A stretch of 32,000 nt of DNA, taken from the NCBI GenBank assembly GCA_018985225.1, contig JADGIF010000015.1, positions 1-32,000 on the forward strand, read 5' to 3'. The position numbers and the translations under genes were made by a program. The notes under the pieces are model-generated. The model was given only the letters and a program-made list of their open reading frames with translations, had not been told where the DNA came from and made no database searches. How positions within the stretch are numbered: the stretch's first letter is position 1; each line of letters begins with the position of its first letter. This document shows, one piece after another, positions 10,020-21,006 of this stretch. This DNA comes from Amoeboradix gromovi X-113 (taxonomy: Eukaryota; Fungi; Sanchytriomycota).

Positions 10020-10493
10020 ATAGTTTAGAGTCAGAAATGCTTCAAAGAATGATGACTTAAACAATTTCGAAAAAGGTCCAATGCATGATGTATAACAAGT
10101 TGGTATCTGGCGAAAAGAAGATGAGTAACTTTAAATTAACAGCTAAGAATAGAAAAAATAGAAAATCAAGAAAGGGAAATTAAATAGATCTATTTGTCGG
10201 GGAAATGGTTGTATATCGGATGTTAAAGGATGTGATCAGTTCCAAATAGATTATTTTGCGAGGAATAAGTAGTCATTTTAGCTGAAGAACATACATCCAA
10301 GAAGTGCTGTTAATGTAAGAAGGATGTGAACACTAAAGAGTACGGAAAACGAAAGAGGTAGAGAAAATGTGAACCATACTCCTCAATTATTGATCGTAAC
10401 TAGAATGCTAGTTGAAATATTAGAGATATATTTATTAGTTATGCAACAACATTCAAAAAGCCAGAATGGCAAAATACCTCCTTCAGAAGATGA
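10020..10493 (+). pseudogene. Fanzor1-like pseudogene (family C)
   Basis: One frame, 10269-10493, reads VVILAEEHTSKKCC*CKKDV...RKCEPYSSIIDRN*NAS*NIRDIFISYATTFKKPEWQ: E-x2-TS-x2-C-x2-C, RD-x-NA-x2-NI and K/RP-x-W motifs with four internal stops. The 5' boundary is approximate. Confidence 0.75.
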
Positions 10494-10574
10494 GAATAAT
10501 ATAGTATGAGTTCACCCTTCCAATAGGGAGACTGGACAGTGAATAATTTATAAAATAAAGGAGGAAACTTTACA

Positions 10575-11501
10575 ATGGATGCCAATAAATTTCAATGCAG
10601 GTTTTACCGCAATAAATATCCCAACGTTGATGATTTGGTGTTGGTCACAACTAATCAAATTGCAGAAATGGGGGCCTACTGCTCATTATTAGAATATAAC
10701 CATGTAGAGGGTATGATTTTACTTAGTGAGCTATCTCGTCGACGAATTAGAAGCATACAAAAGGTGATAAGAGTAGGTAAAAACGAAGTCTGCGCTGTCT
10801 TAAAGGTCGATCAAGAGAAGGGATACATTGATCTAAGCAAAAAGAGAGTGACTCAAGATGATATGAAAATGGCAGAGGAAAAATATCTGAAAGCAAAGTC
10901 TGTCCACTCTATCATGAAGCACGTTGCAGAAAAAACAGATAAGCCACTGGAAGATCTTTATGAGATGTTTTGTTGGGATCTTTATGAAAAGTTTGGTCAT
11001 GCTTTAGACGCATTTAAAATTGCAGTAACAGAACCGGAAAAGATTTTTGAAGATATAAAAATAGACCCTAAGGTGTATGATGAGTTGCTAGTTCAAATCA
11101 GACGTAGACTAACGCCACAGCCAATTAAAGTGCGCGTGGATGTCAACGCGTTCTGTTATGCTGATGAAGGGATCGACGCAATTAAAGAAGTCTTGTCTGA
11201 AGCCGAGAATTTAGAAATTAGTGAATTTTCCACTCCTCTACGAATAAAACTGGTAGCACCACCAGTTTATGTAATTACCGCTTGCACTTTGGAAAAGAAT
11301 GCGGGAGTCGAAAGAATGGTGAAGCTCGTAGAAGAAATCAAAGAGAAGTTACAAGCCAAAGGCGGAGGTTTGACAATAAAAGAGGCTGTGCGTGCCGTAT
11401 CGACAAATGATGACTTGGAACTCGAAAAAATGATGAAAAAGCTAGAAGAAGAGAACCAGGAAGTCAGTGGAGATGACGAGTTATCAGGAGACGAAGAATA
11501 G
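10575..11501 (+). CDS. SUI2: Translation initiation factor eIF2 alpha
   Basis: CRFYRNKYP, EGMILLSELSRRRIRSI (Ser51 loop), KGYIDLSKKRV, IKLVAPPVYV. Confidence 0.99.
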   Translation: MDANKFQCRFYRNKYPNVDDLVLVTTNQIAEMGAYCSLLEYNHVEGMILLSELSRRRIRSIQKVIRVGKNEVCAVLKVDQEKGYIDLSKKRVTQDDMKMAEEKYLKAKSVHSIMKHVAEKTDKPLEDLYEMFCWDLYEKFGHALDAFKIAVTEPEKIFEDIKIDPKVYDELLVQIRRRLTPQPIKVRVDVNAFCYADEGIDAIKEVLSEAENLEISEFSTPLRIKLVAPPVYVITACTLEKNAGVERMVKLVEEIKEKLQAKGGGLTIKEAVRAVSTNDDLELEKMMKKLEEENQEVSGDDELSGDEE

Positions 11502-11538
11502 CTAATAAATATACTACATTGGTACAACTTTTCATACG

Positions 11539-12156
11539 ATGGGAGTGAAACTTCAAATGACAAAATTATCCACAAAGAAATATTGGGACGAGGTCTACGA
11601 AAAAGATTTGATCCTAATAAAAGAATCCAAAGACTCTATCGGTGAAATATGGTTTGGCGAAGATGTTGAACAAAAAGTTGTTAATTCAATCGTCCGATTT
11701 TGTGACCCAAGCTCCTCTAGGATAATTGATATTGGTACAGGCAATGGGAGTATTCCAAACATTTTAAACGAGAATGGGTACAACTGTGTTGGAATGGACT
11801 ATTCAGAGAAAGCAATAGAGCTTTGCAACATTGCATTTCCAAAAGTGAAATTCTTTTGCGATAACATACTAACTATGAATCTAGATAGAACCTTCAATGT
11901 TGTAGTAGACAAGGGAACTCTTGATGCTATCTATTTGAGCAAGGATCCATTGGACATTAAAGCCTACGCAGCTTCTATAGATCGTATATTGGAAAATAAT
12001 GGTCTGTTTTTCATCACTAGCTGTAACATGCTAAAGCCGGAGCTCGAGTCTATATTTTTAAGCTTGAACTTGGAGGATGAAATTCCATATCCAAAATTGG
12101 AATTTGGCGGATCAACAGGACAGTGTTTTACTAGCTTGGTTTTTCGAAAGTACTGA
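11539..12156 (+). CDS. EFM4: EF1A lysine methyltransferase Efm4/METTL10
   Basis: LSTKKYWDEVY, GEIWFGED, IDIGTGNG, DKGTLDAI, ITSCN, FGGSTG. The start may be ATG 11557. Confidence 0.9.
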   Translation: MGVKLQMTKLSTKKYWDEVYEKDLILIKESKDSIGEIWFGEDVEQKVVNSIVRFCDPSSSRIIDIGTGNGSIPNILNENGYNCVGMDYSEKAIELCNIAFPKVKFFCDNILTMNLDRTFNVVVDKGTLDAIYLSKDPLDIKAYAASIDRILENNGLFFITSCNMLKPELESIFLSLNLEDEIPYPKLEFGGSTGQCFTSLVFRKY

Positions 12157-12272
12157 GTCAAATTTGTTAAATAAAGCAAAGTCTTTAATCCTTGTTCTTC
12201 CCTTTAAATAAAACTTATGTTGTCAAGAATATTAGTTTTCTACACAAAAGGGGACGGTTACTAAGAGCAGAA

Positions 12273-13130
12273 ATGTATCAACTTAAATTAGAAAGTCCAG
12301 TAACTTCTATCCAGCAGTGTGAGGAAGTTCTTGTTTGTGGACAATTGAATGGTAAACTCTCTTGGTTCGATAAACAAGAGAAGATATTTTATGCTGAGAG
12401 TTCTCATAAGAATGCTGTCACGAATGTCTGCACAATAAATAATGATGAGATATTGAGCAGTTCTGCCGATACTACGTTAAAATCATGGACTCTGGAAGGA
12501 AAACATATCAGAACATTTAAAGGCCATACTTCTTTCGTTATGTGTTGCTCGAGTGCTGAAGATACTGCTGTGAGTGGAGGTAATGATAAGCACTTGCTTT
12601 TGTGGGATACGAGAGCAAAAGATGCCGTTCATTCACACAAGCATACGTCGCAAATACTCGCTGTCCAAATGTCGTCTGAATTCGTATTTAGTGGTGATGC
12701 AGATGGATTGATATCCGTTTATGACCTTCGAAACTTTAATCCCGTCTATTCTCTTAAGCACGATGATTCGGTTTTCGGTTTGCATCTAAGCGACCAGAGC
12801 CTCGTAAGTTCAAGTCTAGATAACACGATAAAACTGTGGAACATAGATGGATCGCCCCAAGAAGCTAGATTGGTCACTACATTTGAGGCCAACTTATTTA
12901 ATACGACCATGAATTGGATTAGACCTTGTATATCTGATGGTGGGAACTATGTCGCTTGTGGAGAGAACTCTGGAAATACAAACATATACGAATTGATATC
13001 ACAGGAACTAATATTTTCTTTGGGTGGCCATACGGATACTGTGAGTCAAGTACTTTTAAAAAACAACATTTTAATAAGCTGTGGACTAGATGGAAGTGTA
13101 ATCGTTGGAGATGTAAATATAATGGATTGA
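12273..13130 (+). CDS. SNRNP40: WD40 protein, U5 snRNP 40 kDa (SNRNP40/Cwf17)-like
   Basis: WD repeats with SSSADTTLKSW, FKGHTSFV, DNTIKLWNI, RLVTTF, LGGHTDTV and terminal VIVGDV matching the U5-40K pattern. Confidence 0.75.
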   Translation: MYQLKLESPVTSIQQCEEVLVCGQLNGKLSWFDKQEKIFYAESSHKNAVTNVCTINNDEILSSSADTTLKSWTLEGKHIRTFKGHTSFVMCCSSAEDTAVSGGNDKHLLLWDTRAKDAVHSHKHTSQILAVQMSSEFVFSGDADGLISVYDLRNFNPVYSLKHDDSVFGLHLSDQSLVSSSLDNTIKLWNIDGSPQEARLVTTFEANLFNTTMNWIRPCISDGGNYVACGENSGNTNIYELISQELIFSLGGHTDTVSQVLLKNNILISCGLDGSVIVGDVNIMD

Positions 13131-13149
13131 ATCTGAAGGTTGAGACTAG

Positions 13150-13626
13150 CAGCTATTGAGTTTTGTAGAATAAATCAATTATCGAGAATCTGTATGTATT
13201 TTTATATAGTGGCACGACTTTTCAAGGATTTTACGGTGCCTTAAGTACTCGAAATTCTTCATTTTCGCAAATAGTAAATCAAATTTAAAGAAATAACTAA
13301 TAGTTGTAGTATAAATTCACCAACGTTGAGGAATAGGCCCAGACATGGAACAATTAGATGTCATTCAACCCGTTCTCAAAAGAGATCAACGATAAAAATA
13401 AACCTGTAAACAATTTTTTTAATTATTCGTATGCTATCGGTCTCACCACATGTGCAACAATAGAGAGTATATGGCAGCAAGGAATATATAAAAATATATG
13501 CATCCTTATTCAATCTCACCTCAGGGTGGTAAAAGCGTGAGCAATCACTGCAACGGATCTACTAGCATTGCTAGCTTCTCTGTGAAAATTCTCGATTATC
13601 TCGGAAATCAAGACTTTAACGAGGAG
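13150..13626 (+). mobile_element. Family A internally deleted element A4 (both ends present)
   Basis: Left end CAGctattgagttttgtagaataaatc. SPTLRNRPRHGTIRC HTH remnant, then a degenerate YA(R)VS-like serine-recombinase motif near 13430, fused to tatggcagcaaggaat. Right end ctttaacgaggAG. Confidence 0.9.
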
Positions 13627-13877
13627 TAAATCAAATTTCAATAAACTTTTAGAAGTCCAACAATTCGTGTTCAATCGAAGAAACTGTTCCAGACGATGTT
13701 GGTCTATTAGCCACTCTAAACTTTTCTGCAAAATAGATCTCATGTGTTAAGATTAGACTACTAATAATTTGGCAATTTTTAAACAAGTAAGTTCATGTTC
13801 AATGAATCTTTTTCTCTTCATACAACTGAATAAGTGTCTGTTTTAAACTGAATATTATTGTAGATTTGTGGTCCATA

Positions 13878-14408
13878 CTTCTCATTAAAAGCATTGATTT
13901 CCGAGAAGATCAAGAATTTCCAAAGAACCGGACAATGCTATTCGCTCGGTTACATTAGTAACTCACGATTCCTTCACCCCGTATCTGTGATTGAATGGGG
14001 ATGTATATAATTATTGATTATATTCCTTGCTGTCATATGATCTCCATATACTTAAAAATTACAGTTCCTAAACTTGTATGGCTCCAAATTGCTTTTCTTT
14101 AAAATATCTCGCCTTAAAAATGTGTGACTAGTAGTGCTTTATCAAGTCCCTCCACTGCCTTTAATTTCTTGGGACAAATATTTTCATCTTAAACAATTTC
14201 TGAGTTAACAAGATTTATTTATATCGACTGATGATGTCTTTGGACTTGAAATTATCTGAACGGGATGACTTATAGATGGTTTATCACAGATGAGAAAATT
14301 AGATTTCCTGTTTTATCTAACCAGAAAACTATAGGAAGAACAAGCGATAAAACGATAAGATTCGTGGGGTCAGCATAAATGGTTTATTATGTGAAAATTA
14401 GGAACTTG
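13878..14408 (-). mobile_element. Family A degenerate element A5
   Basis: Minus strand: left-end-like ttttcacataataaaccatttatg, FKSKDIISRY remnant, actagtcacacat, gagatcatatgacagcaaggaatat, and cttgatcttctcggaaatcaatgcttttaatgagaAG. Confidence 0.75.
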
Positions 14409-14416
14409 TCTCATAC

Positions 14417-14725
14417 ATGGGAAAATCGGATAACAAAATTACTTCAAGTTCCGGAGTTCGCGGAGGACGTGGTAGCTTTAAATGGGAAGAGATTGATCCT
14501 GCTGAAAGGGACCACTACCTAGGGGTGTCTTCTAATCATACTATCACAAGGAATGGGAAGGATATGCTATGGTATGCGAAGAAAAAAGGCGATAAAAGTG
14601 ACAAAAAAAAGAGGAAGCAGCTAAAAAAAATAGAAGATGAATTAATGAAAGCAGAGCTAGGCATTCCCTCACGATTGTCGGCTGGAAATACCAAATCTGT
14701 AAAAAAAGAGTCCAGCAATAAATAA
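14417..14725 (+). CDS. MMTAG2/C1orf35-like protein
   Basis: GVRGGRGSFKWEEI...RDHYLG...GKDMLWYAK and IEDELMKAELG match the MMtag domain. Confidence 0.85.
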   Translation: MGKSDNKITSSSGVRGGRGSFKWEEIDPAERDHYLGVSSNHTITRNGKDMLWYAKKKGDKSDKKKRKQLKKIEDELMKAELGIPSRLSAGNTKSVKKESSNK

Positions 14726-14834
14726 TTAACTTTGCATTATACTTGGCTTAGATATTCTGCTAATGTTAAACTATCGTGTTCGGAATTTAAATTTCTAAAT
14801 ATTTTTATATCCCTTTTGCCATTTTGACACATAA

Positions 14835-17043
14835 ATGCAAGAACAATCTAGCGATTCAATTTATCAAGAGTTCGTTAGGTTTTTAGAGCAACCATTTCCA
14901 ATGGGCACATACAATGACAGACTGCAGAACAAAGATATGAAAGCTTTGGTGGTATCATTAGAACATTTGAGACAATACAATTATGTTTTAGTCGATGGCT
15001 TGTTAAATGAGCCCATTCTCTTCTACCCTTCGTTGGTTCGCGCTGTGAATGAGTCTGCCATTCAATTCGGGATAGAAAAGAAAATGGTTGGATTGATGGG
15101 AATAATGGCAGATCATCACGTTACACCTAGAGGTCTTCGTAGCCATTTGTTAAACAAAATGGTATGTGTCGACTGTATTGTTACTAAAGCAGCACTTACT
15201 AAGCCCAAATTGAAAAGAAGCGTACAGTTAAACAGCGAGCTTGTTCGCATTGAAAGGGTTTATAACGATGGGCATGGCATAGACGATGAAATTGCTACCT
15301 CTACAGCTATTCCTACCCATGACTCCCGCGGTATGGCATTAGAACTCCAACCTGGTTTGTCGGATTACGAAAACCATCAGTATTTAGTAGCCCAGGAAAT
15401 TCCTGAATTAACTCCAGCTGGTCAGCTTCCCAGGTCTATTGATATCATGCTATCGGGCTATCTATGTGATAGCGTCAAGCCTGGTGACAGATTGCAAGTT
15501 GTTGGATTCTATCGTACAATGGGTAGTCTGCAATCTAATTTTAAAAGGTCTGTCGTCGCCATACATATAAATCTTTTGAACAAAACAGCGTCTTCTACAA
15601 AAGTATCGCCTGATGAGATCGCTGAAATGAGAAGGCTAGTAAACGATGAGGATGACATTATTGAGCTACTAGGTGCAAGTATTGCGCCTAGTATATATGG
15701 CAACGAAATTGTTAAGCGTGGACTGCTATTAAGTCTGCTGGGCGGTGTAGAAAAGGAACTAGAGCAAGGAGGTCGTTTGAGAGGTTCTATCAATGTTTTG
15801 ATGGTAGGGGATCCTTCTACTGGCAAATCCCAACTATTACGGTATGTTACCAAAGTAGCTCCATTGAGTGTATCTACTACTGGTAGAGGAGCAACTGGTG
15901 TTGGTTTAACTGCTGCAGTAAGTCACGATCAAGAAAGTGGTGAGAAAACATTAGAAGCTGGTGCTTGTGTTTTGGCAGATCAAGGCCATGTTTTGTTGGA
16001 CGAATTTGATAAAATGTCTGATATAGACAGGGTAGCTATCCATGAAGTGATGGAACAGCAATCTATTACAATTGCCAAGGCAGGTATATGCGTCACGTTA
16101 AATGCTCGCTGTTCTATAATTGCAGCAGCCAATCCCATATATGGATTGTATGATGAGAGTATTGATCCTGCAAAGAACATTCACCTGCCTGACAGTTTGT
16201 TATCTCGTTTCGATCTGTTGTTTATTATGCTAGATAGACCCAATGAGGCACATGACAGTGAATTGGCAGATCACGTGTTAAGAAGTAGAAGGTATATTCC
16301 TAGTCAGTACGAAATAGGGCAGGTGATGGAAGATGTGCCACTGCAATACATGACTGAAGCTGCAGATCAAACAGATGAGATAACGGCCTCAGTTATTATT
16401 GTGAATAATCAGAGGGTGGTGAACAGTCAGTTTTTGAAAAAGTATATATGGTACGCTAGATCGGTGATTAAGCCGAAGTTGGAAGACAAGGCAAGCAGAT
16501 TTATAACACGCAAATATGGAGAGCTAAGAAACGCAAACTACGATAAGAAAAAAACATTACCCGTAACAGTTAGATCCCTAGAGACTTTAATTCGATTGTC
16601 CACAGCCTTTGCAAAGGCCAGATTGTCAAACACAATCAACATAAAAGATGCAGAAGACGCGTTTGATATGCTTAAGTATTCCTTATTTAAAGAAGTAGTT
16701 AAACATCGTGCAGTTAAGAAGAGCAAGATTGCCGAAGATAATGATGAACAAATGAATGAGGTTTTAAGTGCTACAAGAAGTCATGAAGTTCCTGCAACAA
16801 AGGAATTTGATCGGTATTTGATCTTAACATAGATTAGAACTATTTACAGAGATTGCAAGCGTAGTACTGGAGCACAGAGATCAGCTAACTCTGGATGTAT
16901 TTATGGAAGATGTGGCGAATGTAAAAAGTTCGAGTTACTCAGATCAAGACGACTTCACAAAAGATGAAATGATGCACTATTTGACAGAATTGATGGACCG
17001 CAACAAAGTATTTATTGCAGATGATTTGGTGACAAAGCTGTGA
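14835..17043 (+). CDS. MCM3: DNA replication licensing factor MCM3 (exons 14835-16813, 16833-17043)
   Basis: PAGQLPRS, GDPSTGKSQ, TTGRGATGVGLTAAV, DEFDKMSDIDRVAIHEVMEQQ, DSLLSRFDL. Removing the intron restores the C-terminal winged helix (RLELFTE...FTKDEM...NKVFIADDLV). Confidence 0.97.
16814..16832 (+). other. 19-nt spliceosomal intron (MCM3)
   Basis: GTATTTGATCTTAACATAG. Removal restores the frame into a 70-codon MCM3-like C-terminus. Confidence 0.85.
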
Positions 17044-17170
17044 TTTTACAAAATAAATTGAACTATACATTGTAGAGATATGAAATAAATTTGCCATGCA
17101 ACTTAGCTTCATGCAAACTCTTTGCTCTTTTTTGCATTGAATCCTCGAATTATGTTATTATTTTTGTAAC

Positions 17171-19856
17171 ATGTCTTCAGGTCTCGTTGCATTGTTGAAT
17201 GAGCAAAGTTGTGCACCGTTTGCACTAAAAGCATTACATGAGCTAGTAGATCAGTACTGGAGTGAGCTAGCCGATCACTTGCCAAATCTGGAAAAGATGT
17301 ATTTGACTAACAAGGTTGATGACTTGGCGCTGCTTATTTCCAAAATATATTTTTACTTGGATGTCCAAGATTTATCTTTGCAATATGCGCTAAAATCTGA
17401 TCTGGACACACAGTCCTTGTTTGTTAAATCAATCATCCAGAATGCAATTGAAACTTTTGTTCAAAATAGTAAAGATAACAAAACAATCGATCCTTTATTA
17501 AATGAAATGGTGGAAAAGATTATCGTTGATGCGTTCAATAACAAAGATTTTGATTTGGTTGTTGGCATGGCAGTTCAGGCTTTAAATCTACCGCTAATAA
17601 AAAGATGTATTACACAGGGTGACGGCGTGCTAAATGTGGTGTTCGATGCTCTGTTCGATGCCCCTAGTCACTTCCGTACTACTGTTCTAGAGTTTATTGT
17701 CTCTGAGTTTGTCAATTCCAAAGACTATTTTTCAGCGGTTCAGTGTTACTTGTTTCTAGAAGAGCCGTTGGAAATATCCAAATTGCTGGTACATCTGGTT
17801 GAAAACAAAAGCTTGTTACTAGCTTATCAAATTGCTTTTGACCTAGAACAAGAAGCTTCCCAGTTTATTTTAAATGAAATTATCAAATCTTTATCCTTGG
17901 ACACCAACATGTCTATTGAATCACCTTTTGCCAACTTGCAATCTATTTTAAGCGGCAAAAAGTCTACTCTGCTGTATTTGGAATTTATGTATCGTAACAA
18001 TAAGGGAGATGTCCAAATATTAAAGAATATCAACAAATCATTGGACAATCGCAATTCAATTCATCACACCGCGCTCTCTATTGCCAATGCTTTCATGTTT
18101 AGTGGTACCACGTATGATCAATTTCTTCGTGACAACTTGGAATGGTTAAGCCGCGCTACCAACTGGTCCAAATTTACTGCTACTGCTGCACTAGGTGTCA
18201 TCCACAAGGGCACAAGTGATTCTTTGAAGATTTTAGAACCTTATCTTCCTCAGGAGTCTATTAGTACTCAGCCTCATAGCGAAGCAGGTAGTCTATTTGC
18301 TCTGGGTTTAATTCACACCAAGCATGCTACAAATGATGTTACTCAGCTAATCACTAAACATTTGGTTAGCAGTAATGAGATACTGCAACACGGTGCATGT
18401 TTAGGTTTAGGGTTGGCGCTATTAGCTAGCAACAATACAGCCATCTACAACCAGCTTCGTGCTATTTTATTTAGTGACTCGGCTATAGCTGGACAGGCAG
18501 CTGCTATCGCAATTGGTTTGGTTATGCTCGGTAGTAACGATGGGTCAATCATTAATGAGTTGATACAATATGCTAATGACACGCAACATGAGACTATAAT
18601 TCGTGGTATTAGTATTGGGCTCTCATTATTAATGTACAATCAGGGTAACAATGCGGATGCGGTTATCAATGAGTTGCTCAATAACAAGGATCCGTTGTTG
18701 CGATACGCCGGTTGTTTGTCGCTATCAACTGCTTATGTTAATAGCAACAACCTAAAGGCTATAAAACTTCTACTGCATGTAGCGGTTAGCGATGTTAATG
18801 ATAACGTCCGTAGAGCAAGTTGTGTCGCTTTGGGGTTTATATCGAATGATCCAAATGTAATCACATTGCTGATTAATAGTTGGAATCCGCATGTTAGACA
18901 TGGAAGTTGTATTGCATTGGGAATCATATGCAGTAACAATGACGTTGTGGATGCCAACAAATGGAACTCTATATTGCAACCATTGGTAAAGGATTCAGTC
19001 GAATTTGTTAGGCAAGGTGCTTTGATTGCTCTTGGATTGCTGAATATGCAATCTAACAGCGCAAATTATACCAGAACTAGCCAAATCTTCTCCAAGATTA
19101 TTAGCGACAAAAGGGAATCACATATGGCTAAGTTGGGAGCTATAATGGGCAATGGCATATTGGAAGCTGGTGGTAGAAACGTGGTTAGTCGTATTCGAAC
19201 CAGTAATAATAACACATTAATGAGCGGTGTCGTAGGAATGCTGCTTTATACTCAATACTGGAACTGGTATCCACTAAGCTTGTTTCTTAGTTTAACTTTT
19301 GTACCAACAGCTATTATCGGACTAAACAAGGATCTCAATGTACCAAAAATGACATTGAAATGTAGCTGTAAGCCTAGTTTATATAAGTATCCATTACCAT
19401 TAGAATTGCAGGACACAAAGAGCGAACATGTCGTGAAAACTGCTGTTTTAAGCGTTGTTAGGAAACAAGAACACAAAAGAGGTTCAATGACCCCAACAAT
19501 TGACCACATGGTAGTTGCTACTAATTTAGAAGGTAGATGAGAAGAAAGAGTTAGAACCTCATGTTCAAGAGGAAGAATTGGAGAAAGAGCCGTTAGAGTA
19601 TGAAATTGACAATATGAGCAGAGTTACAAATGAGCAGCAGCACCATGTAGGATTGCTTAAGGACAGTAGATATAGATTATTGAAAAAAAATCAATACATT
19701 GGGATTATGTTGATGGAAGATTTGAGACCAACAGAGCCAGAAGTTTTGGTAGAGTTAAAGGCACAAGAGAATGTCAAGGCATTTGAAATTACAGACTCAT
19801 CAAAGGAGAGAAAGTTACCAGATACCATTGATAATCCTTACATGATGCAAGAGTAG
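17171..19856 (+). CDS. RPN2: 26S proteasome regulatory subunit Rpn2 (exons 17171-19510, 19530-19856)
   Basis: FLRDNLEWLSRATNWSKFTATAALGVIHKG, PC repeats, LLHVAVSDVNDNVRR, AGGRNV, TAVLS. The spliced junction gives MKVDEKKE...EIDNMSRV. Confidence 0.97.
19511..19529 (+). other. 19-nt spliceosomal intron (RPN2)
   Basis: GTAGTTGCTACTAATTTAG. Removal joins the two ORFs in frame. Confidence 0.88.
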
Positions 19857-19882
19857 AAAATAAATGACTTTTAAACAATCTA

Positions 19883-20498
19883 CAGCTTGACTATTTTCTT
19901 GAATATATCATTTATCGCGAATTTGTATATATTTTTGTATCATTTCAAGACTTTTCCAATACCTTAAATACTCGATATTCTTTATCTTCGCAAACGATAA
20001 ATGGAATAAATAGATGTAATCCTGAGTATGTCAATTCTAAATAAATAACTAGCAGGTACAGCATACAAAGACATGTGATTTTTTATACTTGCCATCGTTC
20101 AATACGAGCCAGATGCTAAGTAGCTTGTCGAGCAAGGTCGCAAGAAACATGGTTACAATGTCCCATTACGCATTCAAAGAACGCTTGAAGTTCAAGTGTA
20201 AACAAAGAGGAAAGACGATAATCGAATGTAATGAATCATTTACTAGTCAGACATGTACAATGTGTGGTACTCTAAAAGAAAACCAGCTTAGAAACCTTAA
20301 CCTGTACAAAGTGTCATTTGAAGATAGATAGAGATCATATGGCAGCAAGGAACATATACATCAAGTACCTGCATCCTTATTCAATCCCGCCTCAGGGTAG
20401 TGCAAGCGTTAGCAATCACTGTAACGGAGAAACTGGCACTGCTAGCTTCTCTGTGAAAATTCTTGATTTTCTCGGAAATCAGGTCTTTTAACGAGGAG
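19883..20498 (+). mobile_element. Family A element A6, best-preserved Fanzor2 C-terminus
   Basis: Left end CAGcttgactattttcttgaatatatcatttatcgcgaat and PEYVNSK*ITSRYSI. Then LPSFNTSQML...SHYAFKERLKFKCKQRGKTIIECNESFTSQTCTMCG, one frameshift, LTCTKCHLKIDRDHMAARNIYIK. Right end ttttaacgaggAG. Confidence 0.93.
20375..20498 (+). ncRNA. Predicted Fanzor2 omegaRNA scaffold (also at ~6950-7075, ~13503-13626, ~25380-25501; degenerate in A3 and A5)
   Basis: Conserved 3' segment with hairpins at 20386-20397, 20425-20453 and 20462-20483. Loop CCTC (20390-20393) is complementary to terminal GAGG (20493-20496). Homology stops sharply after GAGGAG. The 5' end is unknown. Confidence 0.65.
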
Positions 20499-21006
20499 AC
20501 TTACTAGAAGATCAGTGGACGAAAGCACCCAAATTCATATTGTGCAAATGTTTTCAGACTGCCTGAATATCGGCAAAATCGTCTTAAAATCAGAAAATCC
20601 GAATAAAATGATCTACTCTACTTACTAAACAGCTCAAGATTTGCCACTTGCTATTCAGATGACCAGAACGGTCCTTAAACGGTATTCAGATACCAATAAC
20701 TATCTCATGAGCCTTCCTAACAGTCCTCCAGAGCTGTCAATCCAGAGATTTTTAGTGCTCTACAAGGATGATGGCAACTATAATAGCATTCAGCACCTCA
20801 CATGTATCCAATATAATCACAGTGCACCTACTGTGATGTTGTAGGGGTCTAGATGTAATTTAGTAGTGCACCAAAATTCATGTCGTATGTTGTAAAAAGT
20901 ATACAGTGAAAAAACTAACTGGTAAAGAAGATTTAACACTAGAACTTGCTTTCGGATCAATCTTTTTGAGACATTTGTTTTGAATTATTTTTAGTTCTCG
21001 CAAAGT

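Noticed and set aside
10269-10493. Stop-codon reassignment (as in some aphelids) explaining in-frame stops
   Set aside because: TAA, TAG and TGA all terminate conserved genes here. The breaks in host genes are explained by tiny introns, and this segment has all three stop types, as expected for a pseudogene.
13625-13640. A4 guide (taaatcaaattt) matches the element's own interior near 13275
   Set aside because: Only 12-14 nt of very AT-rich sequence, created at a private deletion junction and preceded by TAG rather than CAG; probably chance.
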